DNA of 63,025 bases, filler included, from Stramenopiles sp. TOSAG23-6 (lineage: Eukaryota), in assembly GCA_900128565.1 (NCBI GenBank). It is 11 parts of 11 records of this genome, joined end to end, with 100 filler letters (N's around TTAATTAATTAA, not from the genome) between each part and the next. Parts side by side here need not be neighbours in the genome. Positions count along the whole stretch, not along the records: positions 55,854 to 61,918 come from LT636787.1; positions 62,019 to 63,025 come from LT639974.1; 9 more parts are not named here. One strand, 5' to 3'. The position numbers were made by a program, and so were the translations under genes. Below are positions 61,874 through 63,025 of the stretch, piece after piece (the first letter of the stretch is position 1; every line of letters begins with the position of its first letter). The notes under the pieces were generated by a model. That model ran no database searches and was not told where the DNA came from. It saw only the letters and a list, made by a program, of their open reading frames with translations.

Positions 61874-62018
61874 GTATGTTTTATTTTATTTATTTATTTT
61901 TTTTTATAGTAAATTTTGNNNNNNNNNNNNNNNNNNNNNNNNNNNNNNNNNNNNNNNNNNNNTTAATTAATTAANNNNNNNNNNNNNNNNNNNNNNNNNN
62001 NNNNNNNNNNNNNNNNNN

Positions 62019-63025
62019 TAATAAATTAAAAATACCAAATATAATGTATGCAATAATCAAACAACAAAACAAATGAATAATCATAATTTTATCAAATAAT
62101 TGTTCGGATTTACAATATTATTTATAATATATCAAAAGTACTCCATGTAATGTATACAATAATAAAACAACAAAACATATAAATAATCATAATTCTATCA
62201 AATGATTATTTGAACAAAACAAATGAATCATCATAATCACAATTCTATCAAATGATGATTCGTTCTCAGAATATGATTTGTAATAAATCAAACATACATA
62301 AAATAATCTGTGCAATTATAAAACGACAAAACATATAAATAATCATAATTCTATTAAATGCTTATTTGTTGTCAGATTATTATTTATGATAAATCAAACA
62401 TACCTCATATAGTATATACAATAATAAAACAGCAAAACAAATGAATAATCATAATTTTATCAAATGATGATTTGTTTTCTTACTATTAAGAAATAAATCA
62501 AAAGTACGACATATAATGTATACAATAATAAAACAACAAAACATATAAATAATCATATCAAATGATTATTTGTTCTCAAAGCATCTGTGATTAATCAAAC
62601 ATACCACATATGATGTATTTAATTATCAAACAGCAAAGCAAATGAATATTCATAATTTCATCAAATGATGATTTGTTCTCACAATATGAAAAAAAACAAA
62701 CATACTTCATATAATGTATACAATAATAAAACAACAAAACAAATGAATAATCATAATTCTATCAAATGATTATTTGTTCTCAAAGCATCTGTGATTAATC
62801 AAAAATACCACATATAATGTATTAAATAACTAAACTACAAAATAAATGAATATTCATAATTCTATCAAATGATTTGTTGTTTTCTTACCTTTTGTAATAA
62901 TTCAACATACGGCATAAAATGTACACAATATTCAAACGACAAAATAAATGAATCTTCATAATTTCATTAAATGATTTGGTGTTTTTTTATGTGTTCTCAT
63001 ACCCTTTGTAATGAATCAAACATAC
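62019..63025. repeat. Degenerate tandem satellite, unit about 100-107 bp, about 9 copies
   Basis: ATAATGTATACAATAATAAAACAACAAAACAAATGAATAATCATAATTCTATCAAATGATTATTTG recurs; no ORF. Confidence 0.88.

Noticed and set aside
1-63025. A functional gene cluster across the window
   Set aside because: Contigs are ordered by length, so adjacency across spacers is meaningless; within-contig neighbours are functionally unrelated.

Overview
AT-rich, gene-dense DNA from a microbial eukaryote (TTAGGG-type telomere repeat, standard genetic code; a stramenopile-like protist is my inference). The window is not one locus. It is 11 contigs of about 6.1 kb, in descending length order, joined by 100-nt N44-TTAATTAATTAA-N44 spacers. 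Contig 2 is an apparently identical copy of contig 1 and contig 4 is a fold-back palindrome; both are probably artefacts. Recognisable genes include TARBP1/Trm3, 14-3-3, two adenylate kinases, EFG1, an SLC25 carrier, an NPC1/Patched-family protein, myotubularin, TPS/TPP, a tandem-HIT protein, a 2OG-Fe(II) oxygenase, DENND6 and a P2X-like/C2 protein. The main discovery is a repetitive family of about 90-240 nt introns, roughly 40 sites including partial ones. Consensus: GTAYGTTTTATTTTT...GTACGAAATTTTGTAC-CTAAC...TGAAATATTTTTC(C/A)(A/C)AATAC-NN. They have a normal-looking GT donor and CTAAC branch site but mostly lack the AG acceptor. About 29 of the 35 acceptors I could place by hand end in AT, TT or AA. 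Conserved protein motifs are restored only by splicing at these non-AG ends. The element has short terminal inverted repeats (GTAT..TTTT / AAAATAC), and its last two bases usually copy the last two bases of the upstream exon. This looks like an introner transposon whose 2-bp target-site duplication serves as the 3' splice site. No RNA evidence is available here. Short telomeric repeats are also scattered through exons, introns and UTRs.
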